A stretch of 34,295 bases of DNA from Archangium sp. (GCA_031367385.1 JANLPS010000209.1:1-34295), one strand, 5' to 3'. Shown: positions 9,931 to 18,692, numbered from the stretch's first letter. A program made the numbers and translations. Notes: generated from the letters alone by a model not told the origin.

Positions 9931-10308
9931 CTAAGGCTTCTCCTCAGTGGGCGCGGCCACGGCCGGCTCGGGGGCACTCTGAGCGACCTCGGGCTGCGGT
10001 GGCATCATCGCCTGCGAGTGGGTCACCTCGACGATCGGCGGCAGCGCCACCTCTGGCTCGGGGGGCGGCACCACGGTGTTCGCAACCATGCCCTGCGCGG
10101 GCAAAATCGCCGGGGGCGGCTCCATCACGTCTTGGTCCATTCGGTAGAACTCGCGCTCGACGACGCCCCGCACTTCATCGGTTTGCCGCCGAAACTCGCG
10201 CATGAACTTGCCGAGGCCTCGCGCCAGCTCGGGCAACCGCTTGGGCCCGAGCACCAGCAACGCCACAATGGCGATGAGCGCCATCTCGCCTGCGCCAATG
10301 TTGAACAT
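9931..10308 (-). CDS. tatB: twin-arginine translocase subunit TatB
   Basis: MFNIGAGEMALIAIVALLVLGPKRLPELARGLG followed by a Pro-rich tail. Directly upstream of tatC. Confidence 0.9.
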   Translation of the reverse strand: MFNIGAGEMALIAIVALLVLGPKRLPELARGLGKFMREFRRQTDEVRGVVEREFYRMDQDVMEPPPAILPAQGMVANTVVPPPEPEVALPPIVEVTHSQAMMPPQPEVAQSAPEPAVAAPTEEKP

Positions 10309-10354
10309 AGCGCCGGTGAGTCTGGCACGAATCGAGTCAACCGCCCTCGATTGA

Positions 10355-12640
10355 CTACTTCTTCACGGGAAAAGCGCTGCCCTTGCCGCAGTACACGGGA
10401 GTCCCGTCTTGCCCCTTGCCGGCGCGGCGCAGGCCGGTGAAGGCCAGCATCGCACCCGATCGGGCAGGCCCCAGGGTGGGGTCTTCGACGCGCAGCACGA
10501 CTGGCACGCCGGCCGACAAGCCGTCGAAGGTCGAGGTGAGCTCGGCGACCACGTAGCTCTTGCCCAGGCTGCACCCGTTATTGGCGAGCGCGCTGTAGGT
10601 GAAGCTGTCGGTGACAGCCATCACCTTGACGCGGGCCTCTTCGACCACGCCGCGGGCCTCGACCATGCGGGGCTGCTCGACCGCAACTGACGGCGAGACG
10701 ACTGGTGACGAAGCGGCCACGGTGACCGGCGTCGGCTTGCTCTCGACCATCTCGGCGGTGGCGAGCTGCGGGGCGACGTTCTCGACCGGGCGAATCACGC
10801 GGCGGGTGGGGGCCGCGACCTCGGCCGGCTTGTCGGCGGAGGCCAGCTGGGCATCGGCCTCGAAGCGCTTCTGCTCTTCGACCGAGCGCTTGCGGTTCTC
10901 GAGGCCTTGGCGGCGCAGCTCTTCGGTGAGCAGGCGCTGCTCTTCGATGGCCTTCTTCTTCGCCTCGTCGCTCGAGACCGCGGGAGCGGCGGCGACGGCC
11001 GGGCTCGGAGTCATCGCGGCAGCAGCGGCGGCCTCGCGGCGTTGGCGCTCCTCGAGAACCGCGCGCTTCTTCTCTTCGAAGACCACGCGGGCCTTCTCGT
11101 CGGCTAACTTTCGCTCGTCGTCGCGGCGCTGACGCTCTTCGGCGAGAACGCGCATCTTCTCTTCGAGCTCCTGCTTGCGCTTCTCTTCGGCCAGCTTGCG
11201 CTCGGCGTCTTTGCGCAGCTTCGCGTCTTCGGCGGCCAAGCGCTTCTCTTCGGCGCTCATCTTCGCCTTCTCTTCGGCGGCGAGGCGATCGGCCTCTTTC
11301 TTCGCCTTGGCGGTCTCGGCGGCCAGGCGCTTGTCGTCGGCGGTCTGCTTGGCCTTCTCTTCAGCCAGCTTGCGGTCGAGCTCTTTCTTGAGCTTGGCCT
11401 CCTCAGCGGCGAAGTGTTTGTCTTCGAGGTCGCGCTTGCGCTTCTCTTCGGCGAGCTTGGCGTCGATCTCTTTGCGCAGCTTCACGTCATCGGTCGCGAG
11501 CTTCTTGCTCTCGAGCTCTTGCTTGCGCTTCTCGTCGGCCAGCTTGCGCTCGGCGTCTTTGCGGGCCTTCGCCTCTTCGAGGGCGAGCTTCTTGTCTTCT
11601 TGGTCTTGGCGGAACTTGAGGAGGTCGACCCGGCGCTTCTCGAGCTCGGCCTCTTTCTCGGCGGCGGCGGCCTTCTCTTTGGCCAATTCACCGACCCGCT
11701 GCAGCTCTTCGAGCATCTTCTTCTCGGCGTCAGCGGCCTTCTTCTCGTCGGCGGCGAGCTGGGCCTTGTCGTCGGTGCTCACGGGCTTCTTCGCGGCGCG
11801 GGCATCTTCGAGGCGCTCACGCTCTTCGTCGAGCTTCTTGCGGCGGGCGTCGGAGACCTCTTTGAGGGCCTGCTCTTGCTTCTTGGCTTCTTGTTCGATG
11901 CGGGCGCGGGCGTCTTCGAGGCGCTTGGCGCGCTCGGAGTCGGCGACGAGGCGGTCGGCTTCTTTCTGCGCGCGAGCATCGTCTTCGGCCTTCTTCTTCG
12001 CGTCGAGGTCGGCACGGTACTTCACCAGCTCGAGGCGGCGCTTCTCGACGTCGGCTTCTTTCGCGTCGAGCTCGGCCTTCTTCTTGGCGAGCTCGCCCTG
12101 GTTCTTGAGCTCGGCGAGGGCCTTCTGCTCGTCGTCTTTCTTCTTCTTCTCTTCGAGCGCGAGGCGCTTCTTGTCTTCGGCGTCGTTCTTCTTCTTGTCT
12201 TCGGCGAGCTGCTTCTCTTCTTCTTTGCGCTTCTTGTCGGCCTCGGCCAGACGCTTCTTGTCTTCGTCGGCTTTCTTCAGGCGGTCGGCGGTGTCTTTCT
12301 CGGCTTGCAACCGCTTGAGCTCGGCCTGCGCCTTGGCACGGGCCTCGTCTTCGGTCTTCTTGCGAGCGATTTCGGCGTCAGCGAGCTTCTTGGCGGCGTC
12401 GGCTTCGGCCTTGAGCTTGTCTTCAGCGGCCTTCTTCGCGGCGAGCACTTCGGCCTTCGCTTTTTCTTCGGCGGCTTGAAGCGCGGCTTGGCGTTCTGCG
12501 GGCGTGATGACGTGGCGCTTGCCGCCGACATCGGTCGACGACGCGGCCGACTTCGGAGAAGCGACCACCGGGTCTTCTTCTTGAGCAAACGCGGGAGTCG
12601 CAAAAACGAGCGCAAGGGAGCAGACGGCGAAATTCTTCAT
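10355..12640 (-). CDS. secreted E/K/A/R-rich long helical (TolA-like) protein with a small C-terminal beta domain
   Basis: Sec signal ending AFA|Q, about 550 aa of E/K/R/A-rich helix with internal repeats, and a C-terminal domain with two Cys. Confidence 0.8.
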   Translation of the reverse strand: MKNFAVCSLALVFATPAFAQEEDPVVASPKSAASSTDVGGKRHVITPAERQAALQAAEEKAKAEVLAAKKAAEDKLKAEADAAKKLADAEIARKKTEDEARAKAQAELKRLQAEKDTADRLKKADEDKKRLAEADKKRKEEEKQLAEDKKKNDAEDKKRLALEEKKKKDDEQKALAELKNQGELAKKKAELDAKEADVEKRRLELVKYRADLDAKKKAEDDARAQKEADRLVADSERAKRLEDARARIEQEAKKQEQALKEVSDARRKKLDEERERLEDARAAKKPVSTDDKAQLAADEKKAADAEKKMLEELQRVGELAKEKAAAAEKEAELEKRRVDLLKFRQDQEDKKLALEEAKARKDAERKLADEKRKQELESKKLATDDVKLRKEIDAKLAEEKRKRDLEDKHFAAEEAKLKKELDRKLAEEKAKQTADDKRLAAETAKAKKEADRLAAEEKAKMSAEEKRLAAEDAKLRKDAERKLAEEKRKQELEEKMRVLAEERQRRDDERKLADEKARVVFEEKKRAVLEERQRREAAAAAAMTPSPAVAAAPAVSSDEAKKKAIEEQRLLTEELRRQGLENRKRSVEEQKRFEADAQLASADKPAEVAAPTRRVIRPVENVAPQLATAEMVESKPTPVTVAASSPVVSPSVAVEQPRMVEARGVVEEARVKVMAVTDSFTYSALANNGCSLGKSYVVAELTSTFDGLSAGVPVVLRVEDPTLGPARSGAMLAFTGLRRAGKGQDGTPVYCGKGSAFPVKK
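11036..11557 (-). repeat. six degenerate in-frame 87-bp (29-aa) tandem repeats
   Basis: DAERKLADEKRKQELESKKLATDDVKLRK / EIDAKLAEEKRKRDLEDKHFAAEEAKLKK / ELDRKLAEEKAKQTADDKRLAAETAKAKK / EADRLAAEEKAKMSAEEKRLAAEDAKLRK / DAERKLAEEKRKQELEEKMRVLAEERQRR / DDERKLADEKARVVFEEKKRAVLEERQRR. Confidence 0.8.
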
Positions 12641-12887
12641 AGGGCCCGCGCATAGCCCAGTCTTGCGGGGAGGATCAACGTGCTCCGTGACGGCTGGAAT
12701 GGCCGTAACGCCGAGTTACAGCCTCCGGAGCGGGCGTGCTCCACCGGGTCATCGATTTCTCAGCGTGCGGGAGGAGCGCTCGGTTTCGACGCGGTTCGGC
12801 AACTGCGCGGAGCGGGTGCGATGGCAGGAGTGGGTGGGGCAGAGGTCAATTCCGTTCGTCCTGAGCAGGGCCCCTGCCGCACCAAGC

Positions 12888-13257
12888 AGCCCGGAACGCG
12901 GCGACCCCCCGCCGAAACCCAGCAACACCCCGCCGGAACCCGGCAACCCCCCGCCAATGTGGTCCGGGGCCCGTCGGAGGGGACAACTCCCGCCGGGGAG
13001 CGCTCAGATGTTGCGCGGGAAGGCGGAGGACCGCGCGCGGGGCAATGCCAGGGGTCCGCCGGAACGTGGCAACCCCCCGCCGATCTGGTGTCGGGGCCCG
13101 CCGGAGGGCACAAAGCCCGCCTCGAAGCGCTCAGATGCCGCGCGGGAAGGTGGAGGACCGCGCGCGGGGGCGATGCGAGGGGCCCGCCGGAAGGTGGCCA
13201 CCCCCGCCGATGTGGTGCCTGACCCCGCCGGAGGGCACAAAGCCCGCTGGGGAGCGC
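12888..13257. repeat. intergenic tandem repeat: ~21-bp monomers arranged in ~126-128-bp higher-order units (about 2.6 copies)
   Basis: ccgccggaa-initiated units start at 12930, 13056 and 13184. The 21-bp period is visible at 12888, 12909, 12930 and 12951. Shared blocks include agcgctcagatg..gcgcgggaagg.ggaggaccgcgcgcgggg and ccgccggagggcacaaagcccgc. Confidence 0.85.
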
Positions 13258-13317
13258 CCGAAAAAGGTGCCAGGCACTTTAATTGTTTAGTACTTGCGAA
13301 GGGTTACGGCGTTCGAA

Positions 13318-13358
13318 CTGAACCTCGAGGTTCAGATTTCTGAACCCTGAGGTTCAGA
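13318..13358. repeat. two related palindromes in tandem at the 3' end of the GT9 gene
   Basis: ctgaacctcgaggttcag is a perfect 18-bp palindrome (13318-13335). tctgaacc-ctga-ggttcaga follows at 13339-13358. Confidence 0.65.
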
Positions 13359-14405
13359 GGCGCGAGGGAGCCGGCTCGCGAGAAAGGACCTCGTCTCGAT
13401 TTCGACCACCCGCTCGAGGCCGGTCGAGTCATCCAACAGGGGCGTCACGTCGACGGAGCGCGAGGCCTCCCCCGAGTGGCTCCACCGCCGCATGTCGATT
13501 CGCGAGAACAGCGCCAGCGTTGGGCACCCGACCGCCACCGCCAGGTGCATCGGCCCGGTGTTGTTGCACAGCACCATCACCGCCCCGCTCAAGGCCGCTG
13601 CGAGCCCATCGAGGTCGGTCGGCACCGCGAGCACCGCCTCGGGGCACCCTGCGCAGACCTCCTGCGCCAGCGCTTCTTCGCCGGGCCCCCACGTCACCAC
13701 CGGCGTCACCCCCGTCGCTGCCATCACCCGAGCACCCGCCGCAAAGGCTGCCGCCGCAACGCGACGTTCGCCCAGCCGCCCGCCAGGGTTCACCACGGCG
13801 TATCGCGGCCCAACGCTCGCCAAGAACGCACGCACCTCAGCGCTCGGGCGCGGTGCCCGAAACGACAACCGAGGAGCGCCCTCTGTGGCCCAGCCATCGA
13901 CCAGATGCGCGCGCTGCAGCACTTCACTCGGCTGCTCGGTGAGCGGGGTGACCGCCACGTCCATCAGCCAGGAGGTCGGCGCGGTCGCAGGCCCGACCGC
14001 CACGCCTCGGCCAGCAATCAACCGCGAGACGATCGCCGAGGTCACCGCCGGGCTCGACCAGTTGCCGCAGTTCACCACCGCGTCGAAGCGCTCCGCCCGC
14101 AACGCGAGCACCGAGCCCAGCCGCTTCTCGAACGGCCACACCCGCGCGACACCGGGCAAGCCCTCGACCACGCGCGCCATCTTCGGGTGCACCAGCAGAT
14201 GCACTTCGCGCCCAGCCAACCGGTTCACCAGCGGAGTCGTCAGCAGCACCTCGCCGACCCGCTGATCAATTCGCACCAACAAGATGCGTTTGGCCGAAGC
14301 CAGTTGCCGTGTGCGGGCCCGACGCCACGGGCGCAGCATCAACAGCGCGACGAACGCCGCGAGGGTGAGCTTGGCCCAATGTTCGAGTGACTTGACCAGC
14401 GCCAT
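13332..14405 (-). CDS. glycosyltransferase family 9 (ADP-heptose:LPS heptosyltransferase-like)
   Basis: KRILLVRIDQRVGEVLLTTPLV, VVNPGG, VTWGPGEE and CNNTGPMHLAVAVGCPTLALF. Confidence 0.9.
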   Translation of the reverse strand: MALVKSLEHWAKLTLAAFVALLMLRPWRRARTRQLASAKRILLVRIDQRVGEVLLTTPLVNRLAGREVHLLVHPKMARVVEGLPGVARVWPFEKRLGSVLALRAERFDAVVNCGNWSSPAVTSAIVSRLIAGRGVAVGPATAPTSWLMDVAVTPLTEQPSEVLQRAHLVDGWATEGAPRLSFRAPRPSAEVRAFLASVGPRYAVVNPGGRLGERRVAAAAFAAGARVMAATGVTPVVTWGPGEEALAQEVCAGCPEAVLAVPTDLDGLAAALSGAVMVLCNNTGPMHLAVAVGCPTLALFSRIDMRRWSHSGEASRSVDVTPLLDDSTGLERVVEIETRSFLASRLPRASEPQGSEI

Positions 14406-14462
14406 GAGCCTGCCCCGATGCCTCTTTGAGGGGCGGCAGCCTTACTACACGAGCGCGCGACT

Positions 14463-14603
14463 TCAGCGACGAGGTTGTTGGCGCGACTTCACGCGAACCG
14501 GCACCGGCGCCGGGCCACGAAGGCCATTCAAGACAGTCGCGGCGAGCGCGCCGAGACCAATCGCAGCAATCGAAGGGAGAACGATGTTGAGGAGGCCAAC
14601 CAT
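14463..14603 (-). CDS. small single-TM protein (46 aa), not in the ORF track
   Basis: ATG..TGA reads MVGLLNIVLPSIAAIGLGALAATVLNGLRGPAPVPVRVKSRQQPRR: a hydrophobic helix, PAPVPVRV and a basic tail. It fills an otherwise empty gap and is co-oriented with its neighbours. Confidence 0.6.
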   Translation of the reverse strand: MVGLLNIVLPSIAAIGLGALAATVLNGLRGPAPVPVRVKSRQQPRR

Positions 14604-14720
14604 GCTTCAAACTCTAAACGCGAATCGCTGCGAGTGCACTACCCCTACCCGTGTGGGCGCGCGTGCGCTGTGTGGGAGCACGTGTGCCGATCAACTGCTC
14701 CGACCAAAGTTCGCAGGGGC

Positions 14721-15104
14721 TTACGGTTCGAAGGGCTTGGCGAGCGGGCCCTCGAGCGCCCACGCATTCCATCCGGGCTGGCTCCCGGGCGAAAGCCTGG
14801 CCAATAGGGCCCCCCGCACATGCACATCGGCGAACAGCGAGACCTCATCCATCGTCCACTCCACGGTGAGATCAGCAGGCCCGCTGGGCAGGGGCTGATC
14901 AGGCAGCCTCGAGTCGGGGTTCAAGAAAGGCGCGGGGCCCTCGAAGTCGATCTCAGTGCCCGGGTCGGCCCGGTTGTAGAGCCAGACGTCGCCCACGATG
15001 GCGCCTTCGGAGTCGAGCAGGTACGCGTACGCGACGCGGCCGTCGTCATCGATGATCAGCCGGCAATCGGTTTCAGGGTGACGCGATTCGAGCGCGAGCT
15101 TCAT
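14721..15104 (-). CDS. hypothetical protein (127 aa)
   Basis: The ATG overlaps the upstream TGA (ATGA). MKLALESRHPETDCRLIIDDDGRVAYAYLLD..IVGDVWLYN..PGW..GPLAKP reads as a globular protein. Confidence 0.7.
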   Translation of the reverse strand: MKLALESRHPETDCRLIIDDDGRVAYAYLLDSEGAIVGDVWLYNRADPGTEIDFEGPAPFLNPDSRLPDQPLPSGPADLTVEWTMDEVSLFADVHVRGALLARLSPGSQPGWNAWALEGPLAKPFEP

Positions 15105-16018
15105 CGGGTCGCCACCGAGAGCGCCGAGGTGAATGCCGAGAGCAGGTGGCCCCAGACACGCGAGGTGGTGCTGGCTTCCGCCGAGCGGCCCCAGTCGAAG
15201 TCGCGAAGCCGGTCGAGAAGGTCGTGCTCGACGCAGCCCTCGAGGCTGAAGAGCGAAAGGTCGCTGCAGCGCGCGCTGGCCAGCAGGAGATCTCGTTCGA
15301 GCTCGGCCCAGGTCAGCTTGGGAAAGTCGTCGACTCCGCCGCCGGTGCTGCCGACGCCGATGGCCTGGCACCTGGGCGCGAGCCGTTCGATCAGGCCAGG
15401 CCCCGAGACGCCCAACAAGCTGCTGTAGAGCATCGTCACCTCGCGGTCTGACGCGACATCGAGGCCGCCGGCGATGCGCTGCCACAGCGAGCCCTTCGCC
15501 GCGCGATCGGCCAACACGAGGGGAAATTGGTAGGTCTCGACGCGGGCCCCGGCCTCGCGAATTCGCGCGATGAACCGGCCGTACTCGGTGTGAGCGGCTT
15601 GCCACCGAGTCGCGTCACGGGCGCGCCAGCTCCACCGAGCGAAGGTGGGCAGGGGCGTGCGCATCAGGGCTTCGAGCGCAGAGAGCGCGGGCTCGAAATC
15701 GAACCCCAGGGCTTCGAAGGTCAGGCCTTCAGCCCGGGCCCAGTCGAGCGTCTGCGTCACGAGCGCTTCGATGAGCGCAAAGTTGTCGTGGGTGGCGAAG
15801 TAGCCGTCAGCGCGGGGCAGGAGCAGCCAGGCCCCGACGGGTACGCCCTGGTCGGTGAGCTCGCGAATGAGTCGCGCCCGCGCGGGGCTTCGGTCGAGCA
15901 GGCCCATGGTGACGCCGGCGCCGAGGGCGCGGAGTGCGCGAAGGGTGGTCGGGGTGAAGACCCTGGCGAGGGCGGGCTCGGCGACCTCATTGAAGAAACG
16001 CAGCGTCGTCGGCTTCAC
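15101..16018 (-). CDS. hypothetical protein, possibly a TIM-barrel/glycoside-hydrolase-like fold
   Basis: Probable GTG start (VKPTTLRFF), alternating beta/alpha pattern and LGFDFEP (DxE). Divergent from mnmE. The fold call is weak. Confidence 0.65.
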   Translation of the reverse strand: MKPTTLRFFNEVAEPALARVFTPTTLRALRALGAGVTMGLLDRSPARARLIRELTDQGVPVGAWLLLPRADGYFATHDNFALIEALVTQTLDWARAEGLTFEALGFDFEPALSALEALMRTPLPTFARWSWRARDATRWQAAHTEYGRFIARIREAGARVETYQFPLVLADRAAKGSLWQRIAGGLDVASDREVTMLYSSLLGVSGPGLIERLAPRCQAIGVGSTGGGVDDFPKLTWAELERDLLLASARCSDLSLFSLEGCVEHDLLDRLRDFDWGRSAEASTTSRVWGHLLSAFTSALSVATR

Positions 16019-16113
16019 GCGGGGAGTCCTAAAGCCGAATTGGCCCGCGCGCGAGGGTCCTTCGAGCTCCTCAGGACGCGGCCTTGGCACGAACGGGTGA
16101 TAGAAGGCGCCCC

Positions 16114-17430
16114 ATGTCGTCACCCACCATCGTGGCCATCGCCACCGGGCCCGCCGCGGGTGGCATTGGCATCGTGCGCGTCTCGGGTGATCAATGCCTC
16201 GAGGTCGTGCGCCGCCTGTGCCCCGCGGCGCCCGAGGTGCTCCCGCCGCGAGAGGCGGTGTTCACCCGCTTCGTCGACGCCGATCACTCGCTGCTCGACG
16301 AGGGCCTGGTGCTCTTCTTCGCCGGGCCCCACTCGTACACCGGCGAGAACGTGGTCGAACTTCAGGTGCACGGCGCCCCCCGCGTGCTGCAGCGCTTGTT
16401 GGCCTCGGCGCTCACGGTCGAGGGGGTACGCCTCGCAGAGCCTGGCGAATTCACCCGCCGTGCCTTCATGTCGGGCCGAATCGACCTGGCCCGCGCGGAG
16501 GCAGTCGCAGACCTCATCGCCGCCACCTCGAACAGCGCGGCGCAGGCCGCGGCGCTCCAGCTCGTCGGGGGCCTCTCGCAGCGCATCGAAGAGCTTCGCG
16601 CCCCTCTGGTGGGTCTTCACGCTGACCTCGAGGCCGCGCTCGATTTTCCCGAAGAGGCAGAAGACGTCGAGGTCGACGTGGCCCTGAGGCTCGAGGCGGC
16701 GGCGCTGGCGATCGACCAGCTGCTGCGCTCGGGCCAGGCGGGCACGCTCATTCGGCGCGGGGCTCGCGTGGTGCTCTACGGGCCGGTGAACGCGGGCAAG
16801 TCGACGCTCTTCAATCGGTTGGTGGGTGACGCAAAGGCCATCGTCGACTCCGAGCCGGGCACGACCCGCGATGCTCTCGAAGCCCGCCTCGAGCTTGAGG
16901 GCCTGGGCATCACGCTGGTCGACACCGCTGGCCTGCGCGACGCCCCCGGCCGCATCGAAGCGATTGGCATTGAGCGTACCCGGCAGGCGCTGGCTTCGGC
17001 AGATCTGGCGGTGCTGGTGATGCCTCCGAACGCGAGCGCGGTGCAATCGGCGCAGTGGCGCAGCGAAGTCACAGACACCCGCCGCCTCGACGTGTCGGGC
17101 AAGGCCGACCTGGGCCCCGGTGCGGCTGATCAGCTGGCGGTCTCTGGCGAGACTGGCGCGGGCGTGCCCGAGCTTCGCGCGGCCATCTTCGAGACGCTGG
17201 CGCCCGGCGACGCGTCTGGCGTGCTGATCAGCAGTGAGCGCCATCTCTTCTGCCTCAAGACCGCAGCGGGGGCCCTCGAGCGCGCACGCTCCGCTGCGAA
17301 GGTGTCGACGCTCGAGGTCATCGCAGGCGAAGTCGGCCTGGCGCTGACCGCCCTGGGCGACATCACCGGCCGCGATGTCTCAGCCGACCTGCTCGACGCG
17401 ATTTTCGCGCGGTTCTGCATCGGGAAATAG
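16114..17430 (+). CDS. mnmE: tRNA modification GTPase MnmE (TrmE)
   Basis: TIVAIAT..GGIGIVRVSG, PHSYTGENVVELQVHG, AEPGEFTRRAF, G1 GPVNAGKST, PGTTRD, DTAG and terminal FCIGK. Confidence 0.97.
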   Translation: MSSPTIVAIATGPAAGGIGIVRVSGDQCLEVVRRLCPAAPEVLPPREAVFTRFVDADHSLLDEGLVLFFAGPHSYTGENVVELQVHGAPRVLQRLLASALTVEGVRLAEPGEFTRRAFMSGRIDLARAEAVADLIAATSNSAAQAAALQLVGGLSQRIEELRAPLVGLHADLEAALDFPEEAEDVEVDVALRLEAAALAIDQLLRSGQAGTLIRRGARVVLYGPVNAGKSTLFNRLVGDAKAIVDSEPGTTRDALEARLELEGLGITLVDTAGLRDAPGRIEAIGIERTRQALASADLAVLVMPPNASAVQSAQWRSEVTDTRRLDVSGKADLGPGAADQLAVSGETGAGVPELRAAIFETLAPGDASGVLISSERHLFCLKTAAGALERARSAAKVSTLEVIAGEVGLALTALGDITGRDVSADLLDAIFARFCIGK

Positions 17431-17458
17431 GCGCTCGGCGCATAGACTGAATCGCTCA

Positions 17459-18625
17459 ATGGCTCGTCAGAAGCGAATCAAGAAGATCGCCCGATACCCG
17501 GCCCTGCCCACGCGCTGGCGAGCGCTGATCACCAAGGGCGAGCCCTTCATCGTCACCGGCGGAGCGCGCTCGCGGCTGACGCTCGCGCTGGTCGCCGAAT
17601 TGGGCACCTCGACCGAAATCGTGGTGAAGAACCAGGCCACCGGCGATGTGGGCCAGGCCACCTTGAGCGAGCTGGTGGGCTGCCTCGATCAAGATGACGC
17701 CATTTGGTACATGGCGCAGCACGCCGTGCCGGCCTGTCTCGATGGGCACTTTCCGCTCCGGCCGATTACCGGTGTCGCCGGGTTACGAAAGCCCAACATC
17801 TGGCTCGGCTCGACCCGCGCTTTCACGCACCTGCACCAAGACGTGCTGCACAACTGCCTCTTGCAGCTCGACGGCAAGAAGCTGTTCACCGTCTTCGCTC
17901 CGCAAGACGACGTGTACTTGTATCGCGAGCCGACCGTGGTGCGGCCGAACTACTCGCAGATCAAGCTCACCAGCGCCGTCGACGCCAAGCAGTTTCCAGA
18001 CTTTCGCAAGGCGACGCCGTTCTTGGTCGAGCTGGGGCCGGGCGATCTGTTCATGATGCCGGCCTTCTGGTGGCACGAGGTGCTCACGCGCGAATCGAGC
18101 TTGATGCTGAACTACTGGTTCGCTCCGACGCTCGAGGCGGTTGAGGGCATCGACGTCGAGCGGCACATCTTCTCATCGGCGATCGCGCGCCGGCACGTGC
18201 TCAAGCACTTCGATCTCACCTCGATGAAGTCAGACCATGGCTTGGTCGAAGCGTTGGTGCGCCAGAAGCTGGGCCTGTTGGCGGCGGTGGTGTTGGGTGA
18301 CATGGGCGACGAATTTCTGGGCAGGCTCAGCGCCAAGCACCGGTTCGACCCGAGGTTGTACCCGGCGACGTGCGAAGCGCTCCTCAAGACCAAGGGCAAG
18401 TTGCCGAGCGGCGCGGCTGACCTGCTCAAAGAGATTCGCGACGAAGCGGCGACCGCCGACACCTTCTTGCGCAGCAAAGCCCCGGCGCCAGCGCTCAACA
18501 CCGCGGCGCTCAATCAGCGCTTGCGACGGTTGTGCTCGGCCTCCCGCGTGCCCGGGTGCAGCCAGATGGTGCAGAACAACCGCGCGTGGATGAAAGACGT
18601 GAGCGCCGACAGCTACCTGTTCTAA
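17459..18625 (+). CDS. JmjC/cupin-like (Cupin_8-type) Fe(II)/2-oxoglutarate oxygenase with a C-terminal extension
   Basis: EPFIVTG, YMAQ, NIWLG, THLHQD (HxD), NCLLQLDGKK, LGPGDLFMMPAFWWHEV (distal His) and LNYW. Confidence 0.9.
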   Translation: MARQKRIKKIARYPALPTRWRALITKGEPFIVTGGARSRLTLALVAELGTSTEIVVKNQATGDVGQATLSELVGCLDQDDAIWYMAQHAVPACLDGHFPLRPITGVAGLRKPNIWLGSTRAFTHLHQDVLHNCLLQLDGKKLFTVFAPQDDVYLYREPTVVRPNYSQIKLTSAVDAKQFPDFRKATPFLVELGPGDLFMMPAFWWHEVLTRESSLMLNYWFAPTLEAVEGIDVERHIFSSAIARRHVLKHFDLTSMKSDHGLVEALVRQKLGLLAAVVLGDMGDEFLGRLSAKHRFDPRLYPATCEALLKTKGKLPSGAADLLKEIRDEAATADTFLRSKAPAPALNTAALNQRLRRLCSASRVPGCSQMVQNNRAWMKDVSADSYLF

Positions 18626-18666
18626 AAAAAGAACCGCGAAGAAAGGCGAGTGCCCCTCTTCGCGGT
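18624..18666 (-). terminator. intrinsic (Rho-independent) terminator oriented for the minus strand
   Basis: The minus strand reads accgcgaagaggggc-actc-gcctttcttcgcggt (15-bp stem, two G:U pairs) then tcttttttt. It begins 26 nt after the peptide stop codon. Confidence 0.85.
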
Positions 18667-18692
18667 CAGTGATGAAACGACGCGAGCCTGAA

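Noticed and set aside
11175..12655. Long plus-strand ORFs (434 aa, 413 aa)
   Set aside because: They are antisense shadows of the E/K/A-rich gene.
12888..13257. CRISPR array
   Set aside because: The units are degenerate tandem copies with no unique spacers between identical repeats, and there are no cas genes.
12663..13343. ORFs over the repeat region (226 aa, 180 aa and others)
   Set aside because: Low-complexity P/G/R translations, and repeat units change frame between copies.
17098..17109. MnmE G4 motif reads GKAD instead of NKxD
   Set aside because: All other motifs are intact. A single variant is not enough to claim altered function without an alignment.
17413..17430. attL/attR duplicate of the mnmE 3' end
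   Set aside because: I found no second copy of ttctgcatcgggaaatag by eye, and no integrase.
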